A stretch of DNA of 64,000 bases from Cellvibrio sp. (GTDB lineage: Bacteria; Pseudomonadota; Gammaproteobacteria; Pseudomonadales; Cellvibrionaceae): assembly GCA_035565295.1 (NCBI GenBank), contig DATMSP010000028.1, positions 91,386 to 155,385 of the forward strand. The letters run 5' to 3'. Numbering within the stretch: the stretch's first letter is position 1; every line of letters starts with the position of its first letter. The notes beneath the pieces were generated by a model. That model searched no databases, had not been told where the DNA came from, and was given only the letters and a program-made list of their open reading frames with translations. Positions 28,484 through 39,967 of the stretch are shown here, in pieces. Both the position numbers and the translations under genes were made by a program.

Positions 28484-30832
28484 CTACTGTAAAACTTTTT
28501 GCCACCAGCTGCCACTCATCTCTCCCTCGCCAGCTTTTAATTTACACTCCACAGCTTCCTTGGGTTTTTGCTCATTGTTCAGCGGCAGCCAGAGCGCGCC
28601 CTCGCACTGCTCGCTACTCAGCATTCCGCTATAGGCATCGATCCAATCAAAGCTCACCCCTTCAGGCGGCTGCTGGTTCACGCCCTGAGTTGGTAATTGC
28701 CGCATGAGATCGGCCCATACCTGCAAGGCCCCAGAGGCACCACTCAGTGGAGTCTTGCTATTATCGTCGCGCCCAACCCAGACCACTGCCAGATGTTCAC
28801 CGCTAAAACCTGCGAACCAACTATCGCGCTGGTCGTTGGTGGTGCCGGTCTTGCCGGCGAGCGGCAGCGATTCTGGAAATGAATTATAGACGCTGCGCCC
28901 CGTGCCTTCACGCAATACGGCCTGCAGCGCATATTGCAGCTCAAAGGTGCCCTGCACACTGAAACGCTGATCCAATTCCAATGGATAGCGCTTTAGCGGC
29001 TGGTCGTCTGCATTCAACACTTCACGGATAACATGCAGGGGAGTATAGACACCCTCTGCCGCCAGTGTGTGGTACATGCCCGTCACTTCGACTGGTGACA
29101 TATCCAGGGCGCCGATCAGCATCGCAGGAACCAGTGGCACATCACCAGGATAGCCCGCAGCCTTCACTGTTTTTGCCACGCTTTTCAGACCCAGCGACAT
29201 ACCCAGGCGCGCAGTGGCCTGGTTTTCGGAGTGGGCGAGCGCGCGATAGAGCGGCATTATACCGTGACTTTTATTGTCGGCATTTTTGGGTTCCCACATT
29301 TTGCCATCGCCGCCCTTGATGCTCACAGGGTCATCGCTGATGGGGGTACCCAGGTGGTACAACTGCGGTTGCTCCAGCGCAGTCAGATAGACGAAGGGCT
29401 TCATCAGTGAGCCTATTGGCCGCTTGGCATCCAAGGCGCGGTTGAAGCCGGTATAACGCGGGTTTTTATCGCCGAGCAATGCCAGGATCTCACCGCTGCC
29501 CACTGAAGTCACCACCATACTGGCCTGTAGATTTTTTACCTTGTACTGCTTTTCGAATTGCGCGAGACGCGCCTGCACCGATTTTTCCGCCTGGCGCTGC
29601 ACCATAGGAGCCAGTGTAGTGAAGATACGCAAACCTTCGCTGCGCAGATCGCTCTCCTGATAATCCTGCTTTAGCTGGCGCTTTACCAGATCGACAAATG
29701 CGGGATAGTTCACCAGGCTCTCATCATTTTCCGCCGCCATGCCCAAGGGGCTGGCCTGGGCCAGGGTCAGTTGTTTCTTATCAATCAAACCCTCTTCATT
29801 CATCACCGACAAAATCAGATTGCGCCGGGCTTTGGCGCGCTCCGGCTGCCGCCAGGGGTTGTAATAGGATGCGCCCTTTACCAGCCCCACCAAGAGCGCG
29901 ATTTCCTGGGCGTTAGTCTCCGCCAGGGGTTTGCGGAAGTAGTGTTGCGAGGCCAGGGCGAAGCCGTGAATCTCTCGCGAACCGCTCTGCCCCATGTAGA
30001 CTTCGTTGATATAGGTTTCGAGGATCTGCGATTTGCTGTAATGCAGCTCCAGCAGCAGAGACATTATGGCTTCAGGAATTTTTCGGCTGAGGCTCTGCTT
30101 GTCGGTAAGATAAAAGTTTTTCACCAACTGTTGGGTCAAGGTACTGCCCCCCTGAACCACATCACCCTTGCGCAGGTTGACCCAGGACGCGCGAAAAATA
30201 GCCATGGGAGACACACCGTGATGCTCAAGGAAATGCTTGTCCTCAACCGCAATCAACGTTTCTCCCAGCAAAGGGGGCAGACCATCCAGCTTGACCAGCA
30301 GGCGATCCTCAACATTATTGGGATAGATACCGCCAATTTCCTCCGGCTCCATACGCACCAGCGGTAGCGCCGCGCCCTTCTCATCGACCAGCGACGCCAC
30401 TTTGCCCTCATCTATGCGCAAGGTAAATTTTTGCGGCTGCTCCTGCTTATCCCAAAACTTAAACCCGCGCGAAAAGACTTCATAGCTGACTTCAACACTG
30501 CTGGCTGCACGCCTGTGTATCTGCCCTGCGGTGGTCACTGTGGGCACCTGGCGATAACCGAGGGCTTCAAGCTCCTGCTCAAACAGGCTTGGGGTCAAAG
30601 GCAGCCCTTCATACAATTCCAGCGGTCGCGAATAGACGCGCGAGGGCAGCGACCATTTTTTACCCTCGAATTTTTCCCGCACAATCTTATCCAGGTACAC
30701 GGCCCAGAGGCCGAGCACCAGGCTCCCCAACAGCAATGCTATGAACAGCAACCAGGCCAACAGCCGCCAATTGATGCGGAATAGTTTGCTATTCGAAGAT
30801 TTTTTGCGGCTGAGAGAGCGACGTTTGGTCAT
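28484..30832 (-). CDS. mrcB: Penicillin-binding protein 1B
   Basis: EDKHFLEHHG, GGSTLTQQLVKN, UB2H region, GSLMKP, KTGT. Confidence 0.96.
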   Translation of the reverse strand: MTKRRSLSRKKSSNSKLFRINWRLLAWLLFIALLLGSLVLGLWAVYLDKIVREKFEGKKWSLPSRVYSRPLELYEGLPLTPSLFEQELEALGYRQVPTVTTAGQIHRRAASSVEVSYEVFSRGFKFWDKQEQPQKFTLRIDEGKVASLVDEKGAALPLVRMEPEEIGGIYPNNVEDRLLVKLDGLPPLLGETLIAVEDKHFLEHHGVSPMAIFRASWVNLRKGDVVQGGSTLTQQLVKNFYLTDKQSLSRKIPEAIMSLLLELHYSKSQILETYINEVYMGQSGSREIHGFALASQHYFRKPLAETNAQEIALLVGLVKGASYYNPWRQPERAKARRNLILSVMNEEGLIDKKQLTLAQASPLGMAAENDESLVNYPAFVDLVKRQLKQDYQESDLRSEGLRIFTTLAPMVQRQAEKSVQARLAQFEKQYKVKNLQASMVVTSVGSGEILALLGDKNPRYTGFNRALDAKRPIGSLMKPFVYLTALEQPQLYHLGTPISDDPVSIKGGDGKMWEPKNADNKSHGIMPLYRALAHSENQATARLGMSLGLKSVAKTVKAAGYPGDVPLVPAMLIGALDMSPVEVTGMYHTLAAEGVYTPLHVIREVLNADDQPLKRYPLELDQRFSVQGTFELQYALQAVLREGTGRSVYNSFPESLPLAGKTGTTNDQRDSWFAGFSGEHLAVVWVGRDDNSKTPLSGASGALQVWADLMRQLPTQGVNQQPPEGVSFDWIDAYSGMLSSEQCEGALWLPLNNEQKPKEAVECKLKAGEGEMSGSWWQKVLQ

Positions 30833-31123
30833 CCAGAAAACTCTTTATAAAAATAATGTAAAAAACGGGGGTAACATACAAGCCTTATGCAGCCAGAGCA
30901 GCGCCCCAGCCCGGTATCCCACAAACGGCCATTTTCGCACGTAAGTCATGGCTTTAACGACAACAAAAACCCTTAAGTTGAAAATTTAAGCCCTACAGCC
31001 AGCCTTGGCCCACAAATTTAGCGGGGCGGGGAGTCAGGCCAGCAGATAGCACTTTATGAATCCTGGGCTTTTTTGCATAATGCGCAGCAAAATGCCACAT
31101 CTAACACACAACAAGGCTAAAGC

Positions 31124-32125
31124 ATGAGCAAGCAATATCACATCTATGGCATTGGTGCCGCCCTCGTCGATACTGAAATCACCCTGACTGACAGCGACCT
31201 TGACACCATGAAAGTGACCAAGGGCGTAATGACTCTAGTCGATGAAGCACGCCAGGGCGAATTGATTGATTATCTTTCCGAGCATCTGGTGGCCTCCCAC
31301 AAGGCCAGCGGCGGTTCAGCGGCCAACACCATAATCGCGGCCAGCTATTTTGGCTGCAATAATGTCTATTCCTGCAAAGTTGCCAATGATAGCAACGGGC
31401 AGTTTTATATTAATGACATAAAGGCTGCCGGCGTCCACTACCCAGCGCACATATCTCCCCCGCCAGGTATAACCGGAAAATGCCTGGTTATGATTACACC
31501 CGACGCTGAACGTACCATGAATACCTTTTTGGGCATCAGTGAAACCCTGTCGGTGGCCGAGTTGGATCTGGAGGCCATTGCCCGCTCGGAATACGTTTAC
31601 ATTGAAGGCTACCTGGTCACATCGCCCAGCGGTCGCGCGGCGGCGATTGAGTTGCGCAGGCAGGCTGAAGCCAGCAATACCCGCACCGCGCTCAGCCTGT
31701 CCGACCCGGCTATGGTGCAGTTCTTCCGCGAGGGCCTGCTGGAGATGATCGGTGAAAAGGTCGATCTGCTGTTCTGCAATAAGGATGAAGCCATAGGCTT
31801 TACCCAGACCCGTAATTTGACAGAGGCTGCAGAGGCTCTGAAAAAATTCGCCAGCGAGTTCGCCATTACCTGCGGCAGTGAAGGGGCACTGATATTTGAC
31901 GGGGAAAAAACCATCCAGGTTGCCGCCCACAAGGTGACAGCAGTGGATACCAATGGTGCGGGCGATATGTTCGCCGGTGCTTTTCTCTATGCGCTGAACC
32001 AGGGCAAAGGCCACCAGCAGGCGGGCGAGTTTGCCAGCCTGGCGGCCAGCAGGGTGGTTGCGCAATTTGGCCCGCGCCTCAAGCCCGAACAACATGGCGA
32101 GCTGAAAAAAGCGTTTTTTAACTGA
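31124..32125 (+). CDS. PfkB-family (adenosine/inosine-type) kinase
   Basis: GGSAANT, ERTMNTFLG, DTNGAGDMFAG. Confidence 0.9.
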   Translation: MSKQYHIYGIGAALVDTEITLTDSDLDTMKVTKGVMTLVDEARQGELIDYLSEHLVASHKASGGSAANTIIAASYFGCNNVYSCKVANDSNGQFYINDIKAAGVHYPAHISPPPGITGKCLVMITPDAERTMNTFLGISETLSVAELDLEAIARSEYVYIEGYLVTSPSGRAAAIELRRQAEASNTRTALSLSDPAMVQFFREGLLEMIGEKVDLLFCNKDEAIGFTQTRNLTEAAEALKKFASEFAITCGSEGALIFDGEKTIQVAAHKVTAVDTNGAGDMFAGAFLYALNQGKGHQQAGEFASLAASRVVAQFGPRLKPEQHGELKKAFFN

Positions 32126-32197
32126 ACAATTGATGACGGAGTCCACCCAGGGCTCCCCTGTTAACGGCTTTGAATATTAACGCAGGGATTTTTCTTT

Positions 32198-32947
32198 TCA
32201 ATTCACCCCTGAGCACACCGCGCAACAAGGATCTTTTTGCAGCTTCAATTCCCGCCACTGACTGTGGCGGGCATCATACAGCTGCACTCTCCCCACCAAA
32301 CCAGTGCCAAAGCCAATAATTATTTTTAATGCCTCCACTGCCTGCACTGAGCCTATAACACCCACTAGAGGTGCGAGCACGCCATTGGCAACACAACTGG
32401 TATCCTCTTCAGTTTGGGGCTCATAGAGACAGCTGTAACAGGGGCTGTGGGGATCGCGCGAGTCAAATACAGCAACCTGCCCTTCCAGGCGAATGGCTGC
32501 ACCTGAGACCAGCGGGATCTTCTGCTTTACACAGGCGGCATTGATGGCAAAGCGCGTGGTGAAATTATCGCAGCAATCGACCACCAGGGTGACTCCGGCA
32601 AGTTGCTCCGATAAAGCAGCGGCATCGAGTGGCTGGGTGAGACAGGTAATTTTTAGCTCGGGGTTCAGCTCGCGCAAAGTCTTAGCTGCAGATTCCACTT
32701 TGCTCTGGCCAATGCTGGCAGTATTGTGGACAATCTGCCGCTGTAAATTGCTGAGATCCACACAATCAAAATCCGCGAGCAGCAAATGCCCTACTCCCGC
32801 CGCCGCCAGATACATGGCGACCGGCGAACCCAAACCGCCGAGGCCGACAATCAAAACGCGGGCGGCGAGCAGTTTTTCCTGGCCCTCGACATCGACATCG
32901 GACAGCATGATTTGCCGGGAGTAGCGCAGTAGCTGCTGATCATTCAT
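32198..32947 (-). CDS. moeB: Molybdopterin-synthase adenylyltransferase MoeB (ThiF family)
   Basis: LLRYSRQI, GLGGLG, SNLQRQ, CxxC motifs; ATG 32947 follows AGGA. Confidence 0.92.
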   Translation of the reverse strand: MNDQQLLRYSRQIMLSDVDVEGQEKLLAARVLIVGLGGLGSPVAMYLAAAGVGHLLLADFDCVDLSNLQRQIVHNTASIGQSKVESAAKTLRELNPELKITCLTQPLDAAALSEQLAGVTLVVDCCDNFTTRFAINAACVKQKIPLVSGAAIRLEGQVAVFDSRDPHSPCYSCLYEPQTEEDTSCVANGVLAPLVGVIGSVQAVEALKIIIGFGTGLVGRVQLYDARHSQWRELKLQKDPCCAVCSGVN

Positions 32948-33992
32948 CGCATTCATTCCTAATATCCAATTCACCCGACAACACCGCTTCAATTTCAGCA
33001 ATACTCGGCAGATTGCGCCCCAAAGCTTCTGGTAAATCGCGCAACATTTGATATTCGGCAACACCTATAGGCTTATCAATTCCCGAGAGAGCATATTCGG
33101 CCACCAGGCGATTTTGTTGTTTGCATAACAACAGGCCAATTGTTGGGTGATCATCTTCAGCCTTGATTTGCGCATCTACCGCAGCAAGATAAAAATTCAA
33201 CTGCCCCGCATGCTCAGGTTTAAACGCAGTGGTCTTGAGTTCAACTACTACATAGCATTTGAGGCGAGTATGGTAAAACAACAGATCAATAAAAAACTCA
33301 TCACCTGCGACCTCAAGGCGGAATTGCCGGCCGACAAACGCAAACCCTGCTCCCAGCTCCAATAAAAAACGGGTGATGTGACGAATCAAGCCCGATTCAA
33401 TATCCCGCTCATGAGCATCATCGCCCAAGCCGAGAAAATCAAATATATAAGGATCTTTCAAAGTTTCGATTGCCAGCTCAGATGCGGGGCTGGGCAAACG
33501 GGCTGCAAAATTACTGACGGCGGCGCCCTGGCGCTGCAATAGGCAATTTTTAATATGCAATTGCAGAGTGGTGCGCGACCATCCGTGCGCCAGGGCTTGC
33601 ACGGCATACCATTCGCGCTCGCTGGGGTTATCCAACTTTGTCAGCAAGGTCACTATATGGAACCAAGGCAATTGGTCAGCAGGCTGCTGACCAAATTGGC
33701 CAGAGGGGCAATTCTGAGCAAAAAAACGCATATATTTAAGATTGCTTGTCGACCAGCCACGCATTTCGGGAAAGGCCTCCTTAAGATCGGAAGCCAAACG
33801 GCCGATGACCTTGGCCCCCCAACCCTGAGACTCCTGTCGCTGCAAAATATCGCGTCCTATGCGCGCATAAAGCTGTATCAGTTCGGCATTGACAGCCAGG
33901 GCCGCCCGCTGCTGGGAACGGGCGATATCGGTTTTAAGCTGCTTTAACCAATCGCTGTAGCCTTCCGGTAAAATAGAGGTATCAGTTGCCAC
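32940..33992 (-). CDS. DUF1016/YhcG PD-(D/E)xK nuclease-family protein
   Basis: LKDPYIFDFL, FLLELGAGFAFVGRQ, IDLLFYH..LKCYVVVELK, GQLNFYL; GTG 33992 is 7 nt after AGGAG. Confidence 0.93.
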   Translation of the reverse strand: MATDTSILPEGYSDWLKQLKTDIARSQQRAALAVNAELIQLYARIGRDILQRQESQGWGAKVIGRLASDLKEAFPEMRGWSTSNLKYMRFFAQNCPSGQFGQQPADQLPWFHIVTLLTKLDNPSEREWYAVQALAHGWSRTTLQLHIKNCLLQRQGAAVSNFAARLPSPASELAIETLKDPYIFDFLGLGDDAHERDIESGLIRHITRFLLELGAGFAFVGRQFRLEVAGDEFFIDLLFYHTRLKCYVVVELKTTAFKPEHAGQLNFYLAAVDAQIKAEDDHPTIGLLLCKQQNRLVAEYALSGIDKPIGVAEYQMLRDLPEALGRNLPSIAEIEAVLSGELDIRNECDE

Positions 33993-34002
33993 TGCCACAC
34001 TC

Positions 34003-34872
34003 CTAATTTTTTTGGCCAAGGGTTACACGCTCGTTACCACCAAAATCTCGTAGCGTTTTGATTTCACGGTATTGCTGTGCACGGAATAAATCCCGCACCG
34101 CCGCGCCCTGATCATAACCATGCTCAAGCAAAAGCCAAGCTCCCGGCAATAAATAATTAACCGCAGTAGCAATAATCAACTCCAGATCCGCCAGCCCCTT
34201 GTTGTCGGCAATCAGCGCTGACAATGGCTCAAAGCGCACATCGCCCTGGGTCAAATGAGGATCTTGCGGATCAATATAGGGAGGGTTGCTGACAATAATA
34301 TCGAAGGCGGGCGCCGCAGCCACGGCAGAAAACCAATCGCTCTGGCGAACGATGACATTGTTTAACTTGAATTCAGCGCGATTCTTTTCTGCCAGGGCAA
34401 CAGCGGCCAATTCTTTATCCACAGCTAAACATTGCCAGCTCGGCCTCTCAGAGGCCAGCGCCAAGGCAATTGCACCTGTACCTGTCCCCAGATCCAGCAG
34501 CCTGCGCAAAGTATTTTTGCGGTCCTCGGCGAACAATCCCAAGGCTGTTTCCACCAGCAACTCAGTGTCAGGACGGGGAATAAGGGTGGAGCTATCAACC
34601 TTAAACTGCAGCGACCAAAACTCGCGCACACCGACAATATGGGCAACCGGTTCACCGCGCAATCGCCGCGCAAATAACGCATCGAACAATGTGGCCTGAG
34701 CCTCAGTGAGCGGCTGCTCTGGCCAGGCAAAAAGATAGGTGCGGCTTTTTTGCAGTAGGTGGGCAAGAATGATTTCAACATCGAGCCGCGGTGAATCGCT
34801 CACCGCTGCAAGCTGTGAAACACACTGGAGACAGCTGGCAATGGTGCGCGAGGTCATGGCGGCAACCATCAA
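34003..34872 (-). CDS. prmC: Release factor glutamine methyltransferase
   Basis: [21 protein letters not shown]; start may be 34857. Confidence 0.96.
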   Translation of the reverse strand: MMVAAMTSRTIASCLQCVSQLAAVSDSPRLDVEIILAHLLQKSRTYLFAWPEQPLTEAQATLFDALFARRLRGEPVAHIVGVREFWSLQFKVDSSTLIPRPDTELLVETALGLFAEDRKNTLRRLLDLGTGTGAIALALASERPSWQCLAVDKELAAVALAEKNRAEFKLNNVIVRQSDWFSAVAAAPAFDIIVSNPPYIDPQDPHLTQGDVRFEPLSALIADNKGLADLELIIATAVNYLLPGAWLLLEHGYDQGAAVRDLFRAQQYREIKTLRDFGGNERVTLGQKN

Positions 34873-35951
34873 TCAGAAATGGCGGCCAGCTGGTCGGCCT
34901 GGTATTCATTGGCCAGCGGTTGAATCACTGCGGTCAAGTCGCCCTGCATAATCGCATCGAGCGAATAGAGTGTCAGATTGATGCGGTGATCGGTCACTCT
35001 CCCCTGGGGATAATTGTAGGTGCGGATACGCTCGGAGCGATCGCCGCTGCCGACGAGGTTGCGGCGCTCTTCCGACATGGACTTGTGCGCGGCATCTTCC
35101 TGCAGGGTTTTGAGTTTGGTGGCCAGCAGGCTCATGGCGCGAGCGCGGTTTTTATGTTGCGAGCGCTCGTCCTGACACTCTATCACCAGGCCGGTGGGAA
35201 TATGCACTATGCGGATAGCCGAGTCGGTTTTGTTGACGTGCTGACCACCGGCTCCAGACGAACGGAATGTGTCAATGCGCAAATCCTCTTTGCGAATATT
35301 GATCTCCTCCAGTTCATCGGCCTCCGGCATTACCGCAACCGTACAGGCAGAAGTGTGAATACGACCCTGGGTTTCAGTCGCAGGGACACGCTGCACACGA
35401 TGCGCACCCGATTCAAATTTTAATTTCGAATAGACACCCTGACCGCTGACCAGGGTAATGATTTCTTTATAGCCGCCGTGCTCGCCATCGCTCTGGCTCA
35501 GCACTTCAACACGCCAGCCCTGACTCTCGGCATAGCGCAGGTACATTCGGTACAAGTCGCCGGAAAAAATCGCCGCTTCATCACCGCCGGTGCCTGCGCG
35601 AATTTCCAGGTAGCAATTCTTTTCATCGTTAGGATCTTTCGGCAACAGCAGTCGCTGTATTTCCAGGGACATGGGCTCGAGCTGGGCCGTGCACTCGCGC
35701 AGTTCCTCTTCGGCCATTTCCTTCATATCGGTATCGCCATCAATTAACAGCTGCTTGGCCTCGGCGATATTGTCCAACAATTGCTGATAGGCATTATAGG
35801 CCTGCACCACCTCTTCCAACTCGGCGTATTCTTTCGAGAGCTCGCGAAATTTATTTTGGTTGTTGATAACCTCGACTTCCGAGAGGAGCGCGCTCACCTC
35901 TTCATAGCGCTCTCTGAGGCGGTCTAACTTTTCCAGAATGGATGCTTTCAT
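34869..35951 (-). CDS. prfA: Peptide chain release factor 1
   Basis: GGQ motif, PAT motif, HRVQRVP. Confidence 0.98.
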   Translation of the reverse strand: MKASILEKLDRLRERYEEVSALLSEVEVINNQNKFRELSKEYAELEEVVQAYNAYQQLLDNIAEAKQLLIDGDTDMKEMAEEELRECTAQLEPMSLEIQRLLLPKDPNDEKNCYLEIRAGTGGDEAAIFSGDLYRMYLRYAESQGWRVEVLSQSDGEHGGYKEIITLVSGQGVYSKLKFESGAHRVQRVPATETQGRIHTSACTVAVMPEADELEEINIRKEDLRIDTFRSSGAGGQHVNKTDSAIRIVHIPTGLVIECQDERSQHKNRARAMSLLATKLKTLQEDAAHKSMSEERRNLVGSGDRSERIRTYNYPQGRVTDHRINLTLYSLDAIMQGDLTAVIQPLANEYQADQLAAISD

Positions 35952-37225
35952 TAAGATTCACTTTCTTCTATATCGTCGGGAGATAAATCAAATAATTCCT
36001 GCGCGACCTGGATAACCTGTGTGCGGCCATTAGCACTGGCATCTTTAAGATAGGTCGTAGGGGCGTGGATTAACTTGTTGGTCAGATTGCGTGCGAACTG
36101 CTGCAATGCCTGCTCGGGGCTCGCGCCCGACTCGAGCAGCTGCCGTGCTTTTTGCAATTCAATATCGCGAAGGTTTTCCGCTTTGCGGCGATAGGCCTTG
36201 ACTGTGGACAGGGCGTTGAGCGTGCGCTGCTGACGGCGGTACTGCTCTACACCTTCATTGATGATTTCCTCTGCCTGATCGGCAGCGGCCACGCGCGATT
36301 TTTTGTTCTCGTCGATAACAACGTGCAAATCGTCGACCGTATAGAGATAGACATCGGCAAGTTCAGCCACCTGCGCCTCAATATCGCGCGGCACGGCTAT
36401 ATCGAGCATAAACATGGGTTTGTGCTTGCGCTTTTTCAGCGCGGTTTCCACCGCGCCCTTGCCCAGCAGTGGCAGCTGGCTGGCCGTGGAGGAAATCACT
36501 ATATCGGCGAGGTGCAAGTGCTCGGGAATATCCGCCAGCAAAATGGCCTCGCCATTAAATTCGCGAGCCAGGCGCTGGGCGCGATCGAGGGTGCGGTTGG
36601 CGACGATGATGCGCTTGATACCCTTGTCGGCGAGATGGCGGGCAACCAGCTCGATGGTTTCCCCGGCACCTATCAGCAGGGCCGTATCCTGCTTTAAATT
36701 GGAAAAAATCTGCTGCGCAAGACTGACCGCGGCATAAGCCACAGAGACAGGGTTTTCCCCTATGGCTGTCTCACTGCGCACACGCTTGGCAACACTGAAG
36801 ATCTGCTGGAAGGTGTTGTGTAGTTCTCCACCGACGGTGCCAGCGTCACAGGCCACTGCATAGGCGGATTTCATCTGCCCGAGGATCTGCGGCTCGCCCA
36901 GCACCAGTGAATCCAGGCCGCCGGCAACCTTCATCATATGGCGCACGGCTTCATCGCCCGAATAGCTGTAGTAGCACTGGGCCAGCTCTTCCGCGCTGAT
37001 ATTGGTATGCGTTACCAACCAGGCCATCAAGGGCTCCAGTTGCTGTTCGCCCTGGGCATAAATTTCGGTGCGGTTACAGGTGGAGAGTATGGCCACCTCC
37101 GCCAGCCCCGCCTGCTCTATGGCTGCATGCAACGATGCCTCTACCGCTTCAGGAGCAAAAGCCATACGTTCGCGCACCGCTAGCGAGGCTGTTGTATGGT
37201 TGATTCCGAAAGCAAGTAACGTCAT
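35951..37225 (-). CDS. hemA: Glutamyl-tRNA reductase
   Basis: [24 protein letters not shown]. Confidence 0.97.
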   Translation of the reverse strand: MTLLAFGINHTTASLAVRERMAFAPEAVEASLHAAIEQAGLAEVAILSTCNRTEIYAQGEQQLEPLMAWLVTHTNISAEELAQCYYSYSGDEAVRHMMKVAGGLDSLVLGEPQILGQMKSAYAVACDAGTVGGELHNTFQQIFSVAKRVRSETAIGENPVSVAYAAVSLAQQIFSNLKQDTALLIGAGETIELVARHLADKGIKRIIVANRTLDRAQRLAREFNGEAILLADIPEHLHLADIVISSTASQLPLLGKGAVETALKKRKHKPMFMLDIAVPRDIEAQVAELADVYLYTVDDLHVVIDENKKSRVAAADQAEEIINEGVEQYRRQQRTLNALSTVKAYRRKAENLRDIELQKARQLLESGASPEQALQQFARNLTNKLIHAPTTYLKDASANGRTQVIQVAQELFDLSPDDIEESES

Positions 37226-37588
37226 AGGTTTGGGGCGTTGGTTTATGGCCAGGACGGCAAAGGGCGGTATTGTCCGACCAGCGGCGTCCTGTGACAAGGG
37301 GCAGCAACAGGGAAATCCACCCTTTGCGAGCGATTGGTGCAATTTTCACACATTCAGGGTCAACATCAAGGAACACCCGCACAAGAATTCAGTGCTAAAA
37401 AGGCAGGACAAGCTCTATTTTAACCTTCATAGTTGAAGGAAGCGACCCGCTCCCTGATAAAGATAGCACTAAAAATAGATATCACTCGCGCTGCCGAACC
37501 GGGGTGTTTATCATGTGCAGCCGCTGACACCTGCGCAGCGATTGCTCAAGCAGGTCCCGATATAGCTGACGATAGCTGATTTGTTTTT

Positions 37589-39352
37589 ATGAGTTCATGC
37601 CTTTTGAAATCACCACTGCTGCCAACGTGCCAACCGGGTAAGTGGCTATGGCTTATCAGCTGTCTAATAGCCAGCATGTACAGCACCCGATTGCTGGCGC
37701 AGGACATTGTGCAGGAGGCACCCCCGCCAGACAGTAGCCTCACTCCGCTGCAAATCAAATTGCCCGAGCGCAAATTCCCGGCAGATACACTTTATTCCCT
37801 GCTGGTTGCAGAAGTCGCCGGCAGTCGCCAGCAATACGATGTAGCCCTGGCCAACTACTCCCAGCAGGCCCGCCTGACAAGGGACCCCCAGGTAGCAGAG
37901 CGCGCAACCATGATTGCGCGCTATCTCAATGCGAGGGATGTAGCCCTGGAAATGTCCCTGCTCTGGCTGGACACTGCCCCCAGGAACAAAGATGCCCTCG
38001 CCAATGCCAGCCTGGTGCTGATGCAGGCCGGGCGCCTGCAGGAAGCCTTCGAGGTATCCAAGCGCATAAAAGCCCAGGGCGGCGAACCCCTGTTCCAGAA
38101 TATCGCCGCCAATGGCGGCAGCCTGCTTCCGGCCCAGCGCGAGCAGTTGCTGCAGGGCTATAAAAACCTGCTGCAGCGCTACAGCGATGACGAACAATTG
38201 CTGGTTGGCCTGGGACTACTGCTGCAGCAGAAAAAAAACTTTAACGAAGCCATGGATTACGCTCATAGAGCGCTGAAACTCTATCCGCGCAGCATTCCCG
38301 CCGCCGCCCTGGAGGCCAATCTGCTGCACGAGCTAAAACGCGATGACGAGGCCATTGCGAAAATGGGTGCGATACTGATTATGTATCCCGACAACACCAG
38401 TCTTCGCAACCAATACGCACATATACTCACCCATTACGATATGGCGCTGGCGCAGCAGCAATTTGCCATACTGGCCGAACAACTGCCCAATGATGCCTCT
38501 ACGCTCCTATCCCTGGGGATAGTGGCTATGCAGCGCAAGGATTACAAAGCGGCCAATAAAGCCTTTGAACGCCTGCTGGATTTCGATCAGCACGCCTCCA
38601 GCGCGCACTATTATCTGGGACAGATGGCCGAGACCCAGCAGAACTGGCCAGACGCTATCTACAATTATCTGCAGGTGGAATCCGGCAATGACTTTCTCCC
38701 GGCCACCATCAGCCTGCTGGATATTTTTATCCGCAAAGGTGATTTCCTCAGCGCGCAGCAACATATGGTCCGCGTTCGCAACCGTTTCCCCGAGCAGGCA
38801 CAGAGCCTTTATCTGCTGCACTCCCAGGCATTGATCAAACACAACTATCTCAGTGAGGCGGAAGCCGTACTCAATGAATCCCTGCAGGCGAATCCCAACA
38901 ACACCCAGCTATTGTTTGCGCGCGCTATGCTCTACAACAAACGCCGGCAATTGATGGAAACAGAGCGCGATTTGAATCGCATTTTGCAAGTGGAGCCGGA
39001 TAATGCCATAGCCCTCAATGCGCTCGGCTATATGCTCACCGAAAACAAACAGCGCTACCGCGAGGCAAAGCAGTTACTCAACAAAGCACTCGCACTGAAA
39101 CCCGATGATCCGGCGATTATCGACAGCATCGGCTGGCTGCACTTCCTCACTGGCAATTATCCGCAGGCACTGCAAGAATTGCGGCGCGCCTACGCCCTAT
39201 CGCCCGACCCGGCGATAGCCGCCCATCTCGGTGAAGTGCTCTGGGTTACAGGTTCATTTTTAGAAGCTCGGAAAATCTGGCAACTGGGCATTCAACAGGC
39301 GCCGGACGACAACACCATACTCACCACCATGAAACGCCTGAAAGCTAACTAA
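37589..39352 (+). CDS. TPR-repeat envelope protein
   Basis: Multiple TPRs (ALNALGY, IIDSIGW, AAHLGEVLW); conserved hemA/TPR/lolB position; start uncertain. Confidence 0.88.
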   Translation: MSSCLLKSPLLPTCQPGKWLWLISCLIASMYSTRLLAQDIVQEAPPPDSSLTPLQIKLPERKFPADTLYSLLVAEVAGSRQQYDVALANYSQQARLTRDPQVAERATMIARYLNARDVALEMSLLWLDTAPRNKDALANASLVLMQAGRLQEAFEVSKRIKAQGGEPLFQNIAANGGSLLPAQREQLLQGYKNLLQRYSDDEQLLVGLGLLLQQKKNFNEAMDYAHRALKLYPRSIPAAALEANLLHELKRDDEAIAKMGAILIMYPDNTSLRNQYAHILTHYDMALAQQQFAILAEQLPNDASTLLSLGIVAMQRKDYKAANKAFERLLDFDQHASSAHYYLGQMAETQQNWPDAIYNYLQVESGNDFLPATISLLDIFIRKGDFLSAQQHMVRVRNRFPEQAQSLYLLHSQALIKHNYLSEAEAVLNESLQANPNNTQLLFARAMLYNKRRQLMETERDLNRILQVEPDNAIALNALGYMLTENKQRYREAKQLLNKALALKPDDPAIIDSIGWLHFLTGNYPQALQELRRAYALSPDPAIAAHLGEVLWVTGSFLEARKIWQLGIQQAPDDNTILTTMKRLKAN

Positions 39353-39364
39353 CTCGAGCCTCGC

Positions 39365-39967
39365 ATGCGCCTTTTATCTTTCTCATTGCTATTGCTCGCA
39401 CTCTTGAGCGGCTGCGCCCAACAACCGCAGAAAGTGCAGCCGCCCCTCAATAAAGAAGACTGGGCAAAGCGCCAGGAGCAAATACTCAATATCAGGCACT
39501 GGCAGGCCACTGGCAAGCTGGGGGTCAAAGTGCCCAACGATGGCGGCAGCGCCAGTATCAACTGGCAACAGCACAACAGCGATTATCAGATTGACCTGAA
39601 TGGTCCCCTCGGGCTCGGTAAAATGACTATCAATGGCAAGCCGGATGAAGTCAGCCTGATCCAGGGCGGCAAGCCGCCGCAAAGTGCGAGAACAGCGGAA
39701 GAACTGCTATTGAAAAATACCGGCTGGAGAATTCCCGTGGCCCAGCTCGCCTACTGGGTACGCGGCCTGCCCGCCCCCAAGGCCAAAGTGACCGACTATG
39801 CCTTCAATGAACAGGGTGGACTCAGTGAACTGCAACAGGCCGGCTGGAAAATCAGCTATGGCGACTATCTGCAGACCTCTGCCAATATTCCCCTGCCGGG
39901 GCGCATTACCGCCGAGTTCAATGAGGTGCGCCTGACCCTGGTGATTCGCGAGTGGCAGATACCATGA
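39365..39967 (+). CDS. lolB: Outer-membrane lipoprotein insertase LolB
   Basis: LSGC lipobox, [21 protein letters not shown]. Confidence 0.93.
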   Translation: MRLLSFSLLLLALLSGCAQQPQKVQPPLNKEDWAKRQEQILNIRHWQATGKLGVKVPNDGGSASINWQQHNSDYQIDLNGPLGLGKMTINGKPDEVSLIQGGKPPQSARTAEELLLKNTGWRIPVAQLAYWVRGLPAPKAKVTDYAFNEQGGLSELQQAGWKISYGDYLQTSANIPLPGRITAEFNEVRLTLVIREWQIP

